A DNA stretch of 64,000 nt from Anaeromyxobacteraceae bacterium (GTDB lineage: Bacteria; Myxococcota; Myxococcia; Myxococcales; Anaeromyxobacteraceae): NCBI GenBank assembly GCA_032654565.1, contig JAULAX010000015.1, positions 672,001 through 736,000 on the forward strand, read 5' to 3'. A program made the translations under genes and the position numbers. The first letter of the stretch is position 1; every line of letters starts with the position of its first letter. Below the pieces are notes generated by a model. That model had not been told where the DNA came from. It saw nothing but the letters and a program-made list of their open reading frames with translations, and ran no database searches. This document shows positions 49,685-59,446 of the stretch, in pieces.

Positions 49685-51361
49685 CTAGCTGAACGGCAGC
49701 CGCACCGTGACCCGGGTCAGCGCGCCGGGGATGCAGCTTACCGCCACGCCATACTCGGCGCCGATCAGGTTCTTGATGCGGGTGTCGACGCTCTTCAGGC
49801 CCAGCCCGTCCCCGTCGCCGGAGCCGGTGAAGCTCCCGGCGGTGTCCTCGATCTCCAGCAGGGCCAGCGCCCCCTCGCGGCGGGCCCGGATGCGCGCCGT
49901 CCCCGGGCCGAGCAGCTGGGCCAGGCCGTGCTTGAAGGCGTTCTCCACCAGCGGCTGGAGCGTGAAGGCCGGCAGGCGCAGGCCGAGCAGGGCCTCGTCC
50001 ACCTCGGTCTCCACGGTGAGCCGGTCGGCGAAGCGGGCCTTCTCGATCTCCAGGTAGGCGCTGACGTGCTCCAGCTCCTCGCGGAGCGTGGCCAGCTCGG
50101 CGGGGCGCTTCAGGTTCTTCCGGAAGAAGGCGGCCAGGTGGAGGATCAGCTCGCGGGCCCGGGGGGCGTCGGTGCGCAGCACCGCGGCGATGGTGTTGAG
50201 CGAGTTGAAGAGGAAGTGCGGGTTGACCTGGGCCTGCACCAGCTTCAGCTCCTGCACGGTGAGCAGCCCCTTGGCCTCCTCGTAGCGGGCCGCCAGCAGC
50301 TGGGCCGAGAGCAGCGAGGCCAGCCCCTCGCCCAGCGAGCGGTTCACCGAGCGGAAGCGCTGGTGGCGCGGCTCGTAGAGCTGCACCGAGCCGATCACCT
50401 TGCCGTCCAGCTCCAGCGGCGCCACCAGCACGGCGTCGAGCGGGCAGGCGGCGTCGAGGGGGCAGGTGAAGTGCTCGTGCTCGCCGTCGGCGAAGACCAC
50501 CTCTCCGCGCTCCAGGGCGCGGCGCGAGGAGGGGGAGACGATGGGGCCGCCGGGCCGGTGGTGGTCGGAGCCGAGCCCGTCGAAGGCCAGCACGTGGGTG
50601 GTGTCGGTGATGGCCACGGCGCCGGCGCCGGTCTCGTCGCGGATGATGCGCGCCAGCTCGGGGGCGGTGGCCGGCCCGAAGCCCCGGGCCAGCAGCCGCA
50701 GCGTGCGCCCGGCCACCCGCAGGGCGCGGGCCGACGACTCGGCCGCCACCTGCTCGCGCAGCCGCTGCCGGTCGCGCATCACCAGCGCGAAGAGGGCGGC
50801 CCCGGTGGCGTTGGCCAGGATCATCGACGGCCCGATGACCGTCACCACCTGGATGGCGTCGGCCAGCGGGCGCGACACCGCCACCACGATCCCCATGTGC
50901 ACGGTCTCGGTGAGGGCGGTGACGCCGGCGGCCAGCCGCCAGTCGGGGAGGCGGCCCGGGCCGGAGCGGCGGGCCAGCCAGCGCTGCACCAGCCCGCTCA
51001 CCACCCCCTCCATGGTGGTGGCGATGGCGCCGGCCAGCGCCGTGTAGCCGCCCAGCGTCAGGCGGTGGGCCCCGGCGGTGAGGCCGACCGACAGGCCGAG
51101 CCAGGGGCCGCCCACGAAGCCGGCCGCCACCGCCCCCACCGCCCGGGTGTTGGCGATGACGCCGCCGGGCAGGGTGACGCCGAGGTGGGAGCCGAGCATG
51201 GAGATGGCGCTGAAGAAGGCCCAGCGCAGCAGCCAGGTGCGCAGCGGCCGCTCGCTCGGCACCGGCTGGAAGGCCTGGGTGCGCGAGAGGACGTAGAAGA
51301 CGGCCACGAAGACCGCCATCGCCTCCAGGTTGGCGACCAGCAGCTGGAGGTGGAGTGGCAT
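49685..51361 (-). CDS. LytS/BtsS-type sensor histidine kinase (5TM-5TMR, GAF)
   Basis: IANTRAVG, QAQVNPHFLFNSLNTI, YLEIEKARF, LQPLVENAFKHG. Confidence 0.92.
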   Translation of the reverse strand: MPLHLQLLVANLEAMAVFVAVFYVLSRTQAFQPVPSERPLRTWLLRWAFFSAISMLGSHLGVTLPGGVIANTRAVGAVAAGFVGGPWLGLSVGLTAGAHRLTLGGYTALAGAIATTMEGVVSGLVQRWLARRSGPGRLPDWRLAAGVTALTETVHMGIVVAVSRPLADAIQVVTVIGPSMILANATGAALFALVMRDRQRLREQVAAESSARALRVAGRTLRLLARGFGPATAPELARIIRDETGAGAVAITDTTHVLAFDGLGSDHHRPGGPIVSPSSRRALERGEVVFADGEHEHFTCPLDAACPLDAVLVAPLELDGKVIGSVQLYEPRHQRFRSVNRSLGEGLASLLSAQLLAARYEEAKGLLTVQELKLVQAQVNPHFLFNSLNTIAAVLRTDAPRARELILHLAAFFRKNLKRPAELATLREELEHVSAYLEIEKARFADRLTVETEVDEALLGLRLPAFTLQPLVENAFKHGLAQLLGPGTARIRARREGALALLEIEDTAGSFTGSGDGDGLGLKSVDTRIKNLIGAEYGVAVSCIPGALTRVTVRLPFS

Positions 51362-51368
51362 GGCGCCC

Positions 51369-51962
51369 CTAGCCGACCAGCAGCACGGTGAGGCTGCGGG
51401 CGCCGTGGGCGCCGATGACCAGCGACTGCTCGATGTCGGCGGTCTTGGAGGGGCCGGCCAGGAACAGCCCCCAGCGCGGCCGGCCCGCCAGGTCGAGCCG
51501 GGCGTAGGCGGCGTGCAGGTCGGGGACGATGTCGGCGACCTGGACCACCACCGCCAGGTGCTCGGGGATGACCACCAGGGCGTGGTGGGGCAGGCCCGCC
51601 CCCTCGATCCAGACGGCCCCGTTCTCGGCCACCGCCAGCGCGCCGGGCAGGACCACCAGCTCGAGCCCCTCCAGCTGGTGCGGATCCTTCACCGCGGCGG
51701 CGTCCACGGTGGCCCCGCCGACCCCGGCCACCAGCGAGACGATGCGGGTGGCGTTGCGGTGCACCGGGAGCGCCCAGAGCGCCACGTCGGCGGCCGGCAG
51801 GTCGGGGACCCGGACCAGCGCCCCGCCCACCGCCGCCACCCCCTCGGCGAAGCGGGCGGCGAGATCGGGGTAGCGGGCGCCGACGCCGTCGAGCACCGGG
51901 CGCGGGGCGCCGGGCTGGGCGTTGCGGCGGAGCGCCGCCAGGATCTGGTCACGCGCGGCCAT
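51369..51962 (-). CDS. lutC: Lactate utilization protein C (LUD domain)
   Basis: AVAENGAVW, GPSKTADIEQSLVIGAHG. Confidence 0.88.
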   Translation of the reverse strand: MAARDQILAALRRNAQPGAPRPVLDGVGARYPDLAARFAEGVAAVGGALVRVPDLPAADVALWALPVHRNATRIVSLVAGVGGATVDAAAVKDPHQLEGLELVVLPGALAVAENGAVWIEGAGLPHHALVVIPEHLAVVVQVADIVPDLHAAYARLDLAGRPRWGLFLAGPSKTADIEQSLVIGAHGARSLTVLLVG

Positions 51963-53335
51963 GTGTCCTCCGGTAGCGATCGCGGAAGCTCTCCGGCGGG
52001 GCCACCGGCAGCTGGCGCTGCCGCCCCCAGGCCCCGGAGAGGCGGGCCATCAGCCCGGCCGGCAGCACCCGCAGGGCGAGGCGGACCAGCCGCCCGGCCA
52101 GCGCGAAGCGGGCCGGCGAGGCGAAGATCCAGGCGGTGAGGCGGAGCGCCAGCGACTTGCCGGCGGAGCCGTGGCCGGCGGCCACCAGGTCGCCGCGCCA
52201 GGCCAGCAGCTGGTGGTGCAGGTCGATGCGCACCGGGCAGACGTCGGCGCAGGAGCCGCACAGCGTCGAGGCGAAGGGGAGGGCGGCGTGGGCCCCGGCG
52301 TCGATGGTCGGCGCCAGCACCGAGCCGATGGGGCCGGGGATGGTGACGCCGTAGCTGTGGCCGCCGGAGCGGCGGAAGACCGGGCAGGTGTTCATGCAGG
52401 CGCCGCAGCGGATGCAGGAGAGGGCGCGCCGGTAGGGATCGCGCCCCAGCAGGGCGCTGCGGCCGTTGTCGACGATGACGACGTGCAGCTCGGAGCCGGG
52501 GCGGGGCCCGAGGAAGTGGGGTGGAGTAGGTGGTGACCGGCTGGCCGGTGGCGGAGCGGGCCAGCAGCCGCAGGAAGACGCCCAGGTCCTCGGCGCGCGG
52601 CACGATCTTCTCCAGCCCCATGCAGGCGACGTGGAGCGGCGGCAGCGAGGTGCCCATGTCGGCGTTCCCCTCGTTGGTGCAGACCACCACGGCGCCGAGG
52701 TCGGCGACCGCGAAGTTCACCCCGGTGAGGCCGGCCTGGGCGCCGAGGAACTTCTGGCGCAGGTGGCCGCGGGCCGCCTCGGTCAGGTACTTGGGGTCGG
52801 AGGCGCCGGCGGCGGTGCCCAGCTTCTCGTGGAAGAGGTCGCCGATCTCCTCCTTCTTGAGGTGGATGGCGGGGAGGACGATGTGGCTGGGCGGCTCCTC
52901 GCGGAACTGCACGATCCGCTCGCCCAGGTCGGTGTCGACCACCTCCACCCCGCGCGCCTCCAGGTAGGGGTTGAGGCCGCACTCCTCGGTGAGCATCGAC
53001 TTCGACTTCACCAGGCGGGTGACGCCGCGGGCGGAGAGCAGCCCGTGGACGATGCGGTTGTGCTCCTCGGCGTCGGCGGCCCAGTGGACGGTGGCGCCGG
53101 CGGCGGTGGCGTTCCGCTCGAACTGCTCGAGCAGGGCGGGGAGGTTGGCCAGGGCGTGGGCCTTGATCCCCTCCGCCAGCTCGCGGAGCCGCTCCCACTC
53201 CGGCACCTGGGCGGCGGCCCGGTCGCGCTTGACGCGCATGAACCAGAGCGACTCGTCGTGCCAGTGGGCGCGGGGGGTGTCGGCGACGAAGCGGGCGGCC
53301 GCCGCGGGGTGCTTCAGCGTGGTCAGGTGGGCCAT
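51949..53335 (-). CDS. lutB: Lactate utilization protein B, frameshifted at about 52520
   Basis: VKSKSMLTEE, TDLGERIVQ, TNEGNAD; after removing one C the frame reads THFLGPRP...DNGR...CIRCGACMNTCP. Confidence 0.88.
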
Positions 53336-53336
53336 G

Positions 53337-54083
53337 TCAGCTCCCCTCCCCGAGCAGCACCTCGGCGGCGTGGAGGATGCGCACCGGCCGCCCCTCGCGG
53401 CGGGCCAGCCCCTCCAGGTGCATCAGGCAGCTCATGTCGACGCCGGTGATCACCTCGGCCCCGGCCCTGGCGTGCTCGTCGAGCCGGTCGCACCCCATCA
53501 GGCAGGAGACCGCCTCCTCGGCCACCGCGAAGGTGCCGCCGAAGCCGCAGCACTCGTCGGTGCGGGCCGGCTCCACCAGGGTGATGCCCTGCAGCGAGCC
53601 GAGCAGCGTCTTCACCTTGTCGAACGGGGCCACCTGCCGCTCGCTGCCGCTGGCGAGCCGCAGCTCGCGCTGGGCGTGGCAGCTGCGGTGCAGGCCGACG
53701 GTGCGCGGGTAGCGGCCGGCCACCTGGCGCACCCCGAGGACGTCGTGGAGGAACTCGCAGAGCTCGAAGGTGGCGGCGCGCACCTGCGCCAGCGCCGGGT
53801 GATCCGGGACCAGCCCGGCGAACTGGTGGCGGACCATGCCGACGCAGCTGCCGCTCGGCGCCACCACGTACTGGTACCCCTGGAAGACGTCGAGGAAGTG
53901 GGCGCAGAGCGGGGCCGCCGCCGCCCGCTCGCCGGAGTTGGACATGGGCTGGCCGCAGCAGGTCTGGGCCTCGGGGAAGACCACCGTGCAGCCGTGGCGT
54001 TCGAGGAGGCGCAAGCTCGCCTCGGCCACCTGGGGGTAGAGCTGGTCGACGTAGCAGGGGACGAAGAGGGCGACCGTCGGCAT
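53337..54083 (-). CDS. lutA: Lactate utilization protein A (CCG-domain Fe-S protein)
   Basis: VALFVPCYVDQLYP, QTCCGQP, ECCGFGGTF, DMSCLMHL. Confidence 0.9.
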   Translation of the reverse strand: MPTVALFVPCYVDQLYPQVAEASLRLLERHGCTVVFPEAQTCCGQPMSNSGERAAAAPLCAHFLDVFQGYQYVVAPSGSCVGMVRHQFAGLVPDHPALAQVRAATFELCEFLHDVLGVRQVAGRYPRTVGLHRSCHAQRELRLASGSERQVAPFDKVKTLLGSLQGITLVEPARTDECCGFGGTFAVAEEAVSCLMGCDRLDEHARAGAEVITGVDMSCLMHLEGLARREGRPVRILHAAEVLLGEGS

Positions 54084-54131
54084 GCCGGGAAGTCTAGACA
54101 CGCCCGGCGCCGGACGGGTAGCCGGGTCGCG

Positions 54132-54181
54132 TCAGCGGTCGCTTCCCGGCGCTGACCGGCGGCTGGGCGGGCCGGAGCGGC
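54132..54181 (-). promoter_or_regulatory. Three LytTR-type direct repeats (21-bp period) upstream of lutA
   Basis: GCCGCTCC-N13-GCCGGTCA-N13-ACCGCTGA, upstream of a TAGACT -10. Confidence 0.55.
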
Positions 54182-54221
54182 GGCCAAAGGCGCGGCGGTC
54201 GCCGCCGCCCGGGCGGCGTCG

Positions 54222-54890
54222 CTAGGCCGGGAGCGGCGTGAGCGGGTGGCGCCTCGGCGAGGCCAGCCAGGCGGCGACGCGGGGCCGGCTGGCGATGCGG
54301 CCGGCGAAGGCCACCAGCGCCGGGAAGCGGTCGAGCGGCTCGCCGAAGCCGTTGTCGCGGAGCAGCTCCAGCAGGTACCAGAGGGCCAGGTCGGCGATGG
54401 TCACCCCGGCGCCCACCGCGAAGCCGGCGCCGCCCTGGTTGGCCTGGAGCCGCCGATCGAGGAAGCCGAGCCAGCGCGGCAGCGTGGTGGTGCGCAGCTC
54501 GGCGCGGAGCGCGGCCCGCCCCTCGGCCGGGGTGGAGACCAGCTTGCGCAGCTCCAGCCGCACGTCGTCGATGGCGCCCAGCCACTCGTCGCAGCGGGCG
54601 GTCTCGACCGGGGTCCGGCCGCCGAGGCCGTGCGACCGGGCCAGGTGGTTGGCGATGGCCAGGCTCTGGGCCAGGCGGAAGCCGCCCGGCTCCTCCCAGA
54701 CCGGCAGCGCCTCGAAGGGGAGGTCGCCGGTGGCCTTGAGGGCGGTGAAGTCGGTGGGGCGGCCATTCACCGGTGGCGTCCCCTTGCCCACCAGGTGCGC
54801 GGCGAAGTCGACGCCGGCCTCGGCGGCCACCAGGCGGGCCAGCTCGGCGCGGCCGCGCAGCGGGAAGTAGATGAGCGTGGGTCTGGTCAT
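54222..54890 (-). CDS. Glutathione S-transferase (Tyr-type, sigma-like)
   Basis: LIYFPLRGRAE, LPFEALPV, LAQSLAI, TIADL. Confidence 0.87.
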   Translation of the reverse strand: MTRPTLIYFPLRGRAELARLVAAEAGVDFAAHLVGKGTPPVNGRPTDFTALKATGDLPFEALPVWEEPGGFRLAQSLAIANHLARSHGLGGRTPVETARCDEWLGAIDDVRLELRKLVSTPAEGRAALRAELRTTTLPRWLGFLDRRLQANQGGAGFAVGAGVTIADLALWYLLELLRDNGFGEPLDRFPALVAFAGRIASRPRVAAWLASPRRHPLTPLPA

Positions 54891-54939
54891 GGGGCGGAGT
54901 GTAACGCGGCGGGGGGCGGCGTGCCGCGGCCGCCGCCCC

Positions 54940-55662
54940 TCAGCTCAGCAACCACCCGATCAACGCCGGCACCAGCAGCGAGGTGGCCAGGGCGTTGAGC
55001 CCCATGCCGAGGCCGGAGAAGGCCCCGGCGGTCTCGCCCAGCTCGAAGGCGCGGGCGGTGCCGAGCCCGTGCGAGGCCACCCCGAGGGCGAAGCCGGTGG
55101 CGGCCGGATCGGTGACCCGGAGGCGGCGAAGCAGCGCCGGGCCGATCACGGCGCCGAGCACGCCGGTGAGCACCACCAGCGACGCGGTCAGCGACGGCAG
55201 GCCGCCCAGCCGCTCGGTGATCCCCATGGCCACCGGCGCGGTGGCCGACTTGGGCGCCAGCGAGAGCAGGGTCTCCCGCGAGGCGCCGGCCAGCCGCCCG
55301 GTGACCACCGCCGTCACGACCGCGGTCACCGAGCCGGCCAGCAGCGCCACCGAGAGCGGCAGCGCCAGCGCCTGCTCCCGGTGCAGCTCGCGGTGGAGCG
55401 GCACCGCCAGCGCCACGATGGCCGGCCCGAGCAGGAAGTGGACGAACTGCGCCCCCTCGAAGAAGAGCGGGTAGGGCGTGCCCCCCAGCCAGAGCACCGA
55501 GGCCAGCACCGCCACCGAGGTGACCACCGGGTGGACCAGCGGGTGGCGCCCCAGCCGACGGTGGAGCGCCTCGGCGGCGGCGTAGGTGACCACGGTGAGG
55601 GTGAGCCAGAGCAGCGGGCTCCGCGCCAGGTAGACCCAGGTCTCGACGAGGCGCGAGGTCAT
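54940..55662 (-). CDS. lrgB: LrgB/CidB family membrane protein
   Basis: LLGPAIVALAVPL, LAPKSATAPVAM, SHGLGTARA. Confidence 0.9.
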   Translation of the reverse strand: MTSRLVETWVYLARSPLLWLTLTVVTYAAAEALHRRLGRHPLVHPVVTSVAVLASVLWLGGTPYPLFFEGAQFVHFLLGPAIVALAVPLHRELHREQALALPLSVALLAGSVTAVVTAVVTGRLAGASRETLLSLAPKSATAPVAMGITERLGGLPSLTASLVVLTGVLGAVIGPALLRRLRVTDPAATGFALGVASHGLGTARAFELGETAGAFSGLGMGLNALATSLLVPALIGWLLS

Positions 55663-56018
55663 GCGCCCCCCACGCCGGCGGCCGGCCGGCGCAGCAGCCG
55701 CGCGGCCACCAGGCCGGTGACCGCCAGGGTGGCGGCGGTGCTGACCAGCAGGGCCAGCGCCAGGGCCAGCCACTCGGCGGCCAGCCGCGGCAGGTGCTGC
55801 ACCACGCCCACCCCGGCCGGCACGAAGAGCAGCGAGAGGTGCGAGAGCAGGCCGCCCGAGGCGGCGCGCAGGTCGTCCCAGCGCGCCGGGCGCAGCTCCA
55901 GCGCCACCAGCAGCAGCACCATGCCGACCACCGGGCCGGGCACCGGCAGCGAGAGCAGGTGGCTGGCCAGCTCCCCGGCCAGCTGGAACACCAAGAGCAC
56001 GGCGAGGCCACGGATCAT
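55659..56018 (-). CDS. CidA/LrgA family membrane protein
   Basis: PVPGPVVGMVLL, LSLLFVPAGVGV. Confidence 0.9.
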   Translation of the reverse strand: MIRGLAVLLVFQLAGELASHLLSLPVPGPVVGMVLLLVALELRPARWDDLRAASGGLLSHLSLLFVPAGVGVVQHLPRLAAEWLALALALLVSTAATLAVTGLVAARLLRRPAAGVGGA

Positions 56019-56040
56019 CTCGAAGTCCCTTCCTTGGACC

Positions 56041-56859
56041 CTAGTCCGCCGTGGCGTGGGCCTCGTCGGCCTGGTGGCGCGCCTGCTCCTCCATCACCAG
56101 CGCCGTCACCTCGCGCTTCAAGGCGTTGAACTCCGGGCTGGCCGGATCGCGCGGGCGCGGCAGGTCCACCGGCACGATCCGCTTCACCGTGCCCGGCCGG
56201 TAGGTCATCACCACCACCCGGTCGGCCAGGTAGATCGACTCCTCGATGCCGTGGGTGACGAAGACGATGGTCTTCCCCAGCTCGGCCCAGATGCGCAGCA
56301 GCTCGTCCTGCAGCGAGCGGCGGGTCAGGGCGTCGAGAGCGCCGAAGGGCTCGTCCATGAGCAGCATGGGGGCGTCGATGGCCAGCACCCGGGCGATGGC
56401 CACCCGCTGCCGCATGCCGCCGGAGAGGTCCTTGGGGAAGCGGTCGCGGAAGTCGGCGAGGCCGAGCTTGTCGAGCAGGGCGTCGACCACCTGGCGCCGG
56501 CGCTCCGGCGCCGCCCCGGCGATCTCCAGGCCGAAGGCGACGTTGCGCTCCACGGTCATCCAGGGGAAGAGGGCGTACTCCTGGAAGACCATGGCCCGCT
56601 CCGGGCCGGGGCCGGTGACCGGCCGGCCCAGCGCGGTCAGCTCGCCAGCGGTGGGCAGCGAGAAGCCGGCCACGGCGTTGAGCAGCGTCGACTTCCCGCA
56701 GCCGGACGGCCCCAGCAGGCAGACGAACTCCCCCGGGGCCACGTCGAGGTCGATGCCGTCGAGCGCCACCACCTCGCGGCCGCCGCTGGAGAAGACCTTG
56801 CGGACGCCGCGGGCGCGGATGGCCGGCGTGGCCGGGCCGCCGCCGTCGGGCCGGCTCAC
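56041..56859 (-). CDS. NitT/TauT-family ABC transporter ATP-binding protein
   Basis: GPSGCGKST, LSGGMRQR, LLMDEPFGALD. Confidence 0.93.
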   Translation of the reverse strand: MSRPDGGGPATPAIRARGVRKVFSSGGREVVALDGIDLDVAPGEFVCLLGPSGCGKSTLLNAVAGFSLPTAGELTALGRPVTGPGPERAMVFQEYALFPWMTVERNVAFGLEIAGAAPERRRQVVDALLDKLGLADFRDRFPKDLSGGMRQRVAIARVLAIDAPMLLMDEPFGALDALTRRSLQDELLRIWAELGKTIVFVTHGIEESIYLADRVVVMTYRPGTVKRIVPVDLPRPRDPASPEFNALKREVTALVMEEQARHQADEAHATAD

Positions 56860-57677
56860 CCCTCCACCCCGCGGTGCCAGCGCAGCAGCCGGTTGTTGAG
56901 CCAGCTCATGCCGAGATCGATGCCCAGGCCGCACAGGCCGATGGTGACCATCCCGGCGATCACCTTGTCCGACCAGAAGTACTCGCGGGCCTCGAGGATG
57001 CGGTAGCCGAGGCCGGTGTTCACGGCGATCATCTCGGCGACGATGACCACGATGAAGGCCACCCCGATGCCGACGCGGATGCCGGTGAGGATGTAGGGCA
57101 TGGCGGCCGGGATCATCACCCGCCAGAAGAGCGTCCACTCGCCGGCCCCGAGGTTGCGGGCGGCCCGCAGGTAGATGGCGTCGACGGCCCGCACCCCGGC
57201 GATGGTGTTCATCAGCACCGGGAAGAAGGCCCCCAGCGAGATGAGGAAGAAGGCGGGCGGGTCGCCGAGGCCGAACCAGAGGATGGCCAGCGGGATGTAG
57301 GCGATGGGGGGGATGGGGCGCAGCACCTGCAGCACCGGGTTGAAGAGCTCGTAGACCAGCGGGCGCGCCCCCATGAAGAGGCCGAGGGGCAGCGCCAGGC
57401 CGCCCCCGATGGCGAAGCCCACCACGATGCGCATCACCGAGGTGAAGACGTCGTGGGGCAGCTCGCCGGAGATGGCCCAGCGCCACCAGGGCCCGGCGGC
57501 GGCGTCGAAGGGCTCGAGCGGCGTGAGGTACGCCCACCAGCGGACCGCCACCGCCGTCGGCGAGGGCAGGATGAGCGGCGTCACCCAGCCGGCGCGCGAG
57601 ATCCCCTCCCAGGCCAGCAGCAGCGTCACCGGGACCACCAGCGACCGGGCCAGCCGGGCGGCGCCACCCCCGGCCAT
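56856..57677 (-). CDS. NitT/TauT-family ABC permease
   Basis: LRPIPPIAYIP, AARNLGA (EAA loop), AEMIA...GLGY. Confidence 0.92.
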   Translation of the reverse strand: MAGGGAARLARSLVVPVTLLLAWEGISRAGWVTPLILPSPTAVAVRWWAYLTPLEPFDAAAGPWWRWAISGELPHDVFTSVMRIVVGFAIGGGLALPLGLFMGARPLVYELFNPVLQVLRPIPPIAYIPLAILWFGLGDPPAFFLISLGAFFPVLMNTIAGVRAVDAIYLRAARNLGAGEWTLFWRVMIPAAMPYILTGIRVGIGVAFIVVIVAEMIAVNTGLGYRILEAREYFWSDKVIAGMVTIGLCGLGIDLGMSWLNNRLLRWHRGVEG

Positions 57678-58649
57678 CTACTTCACGCCCAGCTTCTGCT
57701 TGGCCCGCTGCAGGAGGTCGAGCTTCACCCAGTCGGCGGCCCGGGGCGGGGCGGTCATCTTGCCGACGCCGTACTTCACCATCAGGTCGGTGGTCACCTG
57801 GATGTGCTCGACGGTGACGTCGTAGGTGTAGGGCGAGTTGGAGATGGCGTCCTTGAAGTCTTCGGCGGTGATCTGCCCCTTGAACATCTGCGTCACCACG
57901 AACTTCTCGGCCGCCGCAGGGTCCTGGATGAAGGCCCGGGTGGAGTCGACGAAGCACTCCAGCACCTTCTGCGCCACCGCCGGCTTCTCCTTGTAGAGCT
58001 TCTCGGTCATCACCAGCACCCGCACCGGCTCGCCCAGCGGCGTGTCGTAGGGCTTGAGCATCTCCACGCCGAACCCCTTGTTGATGGCCTGCGACGACTG
58101 CGGCTCCGACTGGCAGATGGCGTCGAGCTGCTTCTGCAGCAGCGCCTGGTTCAGGTCGGCGAAGGGCAGGTAGACGATCTTCACGTCCTTGCCCTCCTTG
58201 TCCGACCAGGTCAGGCCGGCCTTGGCCAGCTCGGCCAGCAGCAGCAGCTCCTGGGCGCCGCCGCGGGCCACGCCCACCTTCTTGCCCTTCAGCTCGGCCA
58301 CCGTCTTCATGGCCAGGTCGGTGCGGGAGACCAGCCGGGCGCCCCCCTTGGCGAAGCCGGCCACCACGTAGACCTGCCCGCCGGCGGCGCGGTTGGCGAT
58401 GGCGGCGTCGGCGGCCGAGGCGGCCAGGTCCACCTCCCCCTTCACCAGCGCCGGGAAGATGTCGATCCCCTTGGGGAAGACGGTCTCCTGCACGTCGAGG
58501 CCGTACTTCTTGCAGGCCTCCTTCATGTTGGAGATGGCGCCGTAGTGGGCGAATTTGAGGTTGCCGAGCCGGACCACCTCCTGGGCGGGCGCGGCGGCGG
58601 GGAGGGCGGCGAAGGCGGCGAGGGCGAGGGCGGCGATGAGGCGGCGCAT
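57678..58649 (-). CDS. NitT/TauT-family ABC substrate-binding protein
   Basis: Signal peptide; ELKGKKVGV; operon context. Confidence 0.88.
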   Translation of the reverse strand: MRRLIAALALAAFAALPAAAPAQEVVRLGNLKFAHYGAISNMKEACKKYGLDVQETVFPKGIDIFPALVKGEVDLAASAADAAIANRAAGGQVYVVAGFAKGGARLVSRTDLAMKTVAELKGKKVGVARGGAQELLLLAELAKAGLTWSDKEGKDVKIVYLPFADLNQALLQKQLDAICQSEPQSSQAINKGFGVEMLKPYDTPLGEPVRVLVMTEKLYKEKPAVAQKVLECFVDSTRAFIQDPAAAEKFVVTQMFKGQITAEDFKDAISNSPYTYDVTVEHIQVTTDLMVKYGVGKMTAPPRAADWVKLDLLQRAKQKLGVK

Positions 58650-58828
58650 GAGGAGCTCCCGGGGTGGAGGGGCGTGCAGCCGGACAGGTGAGGCGGGAAG
58701 GCCGGGAGGCAGCTTAGCCGAGGCGGGCGGGCCTGTCCGCACCCGCCGAGGCGCGCCGCCCCGGTTCGACGAGCACCGGCGGGGAGGCTCGTCTAGAGTT
58801 CGCCGCAGGCCCCTCGAAGGAGTTCGCC

Positions 58829-59302
58829 ATGCCCGGATCGCTCCCCCGCACCGCCGTCCTGGCCGCCCTGCTGGTCGCCGCCTTCGCCCCCGGCCAGTCG
58901 CCGGGCGCGGCGCCGCCCGAGCCGGCCGCACCCGCCGCGGTGCCGCCGGCCAGGTTCGAGTTCGAGACGTTCCAGCTGGTGCTGCTGGTCCGCCCGGCCG
59001 ACCGCAAGGAGATCCCCAGGGCCGAGGCCGAGGCGATCCAGGCGCAGCACCTGGCTCATCTCACCAGGATGGCCGAGAGCGGGAAGATGATGGTGGCCGG
59101 CCCCTTTGGCGACCAGAGCGACCCGAGCCTGCGGGGCGCGTGCCTCTACCGGGTGGCCACGGCGGAGGAGGCCCGCGCGCTGGCCGAGGCCGACCCGGCC
59201 GTGAAGGCGGGCCGGCTCCGGGTCGAGGTGGTCACCTGGTACGTCGGCAAGGGGTACCTGGCCTTCCCGAAGGCGCTGGCCCCAGGCGCGCCCACGCGCT
59301 GA
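58829..59302 (+). CDS. YciI-family protein, exported
   Basis: QHLAHL, VAGPFGD, DPAVKAGRL; GGAG RBS. Confidence 0.82.
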   Translation: MPGSLPRTAVLAALLVAAFAPGQSPGAAPPEPAAPAAVPPARFEFETFQLVLLVRPADRKEIPRAEAEAIQAQHLAHLTRMAESGKMMVAGPFGDQSDPSLRGACLYRVATAEEARALAEADPAVKAGRLRVEVVTWYVGKGYLAFPKALAPGAPTR

Positions 59303-59446
59303 GCGGGGCGAGCCCTTCGCCAATCGCGCCGCAGCGCGTCGTCAATTCGCCTGGCCCGGGCCCGAAAGAAATCGGTGACACCCCCTAGCGATCTCGCCCC
59401 GCGAGGCTCTAGCATGCGTCAACCTGTCAACTCGGAGGTCCTGCGC

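Noticed and set aside
58650..58828. Possible riboswitch (for example guanidine) upstream of the NitT/TauT binding protein; inverted repeats GACGAGC/GCTCGTC and CGGACAGG/CCTGTCCG
   Set aside because: No match to ykkC-I, -II or -III cores that I could recognise; short GC hairpins are expected by chance. An Infernal/Rfam scan would settle it.
59303..59446. Moco/Wco riboswitch upstream of fdnG
   Set aside because: No recognisable conserved motif.
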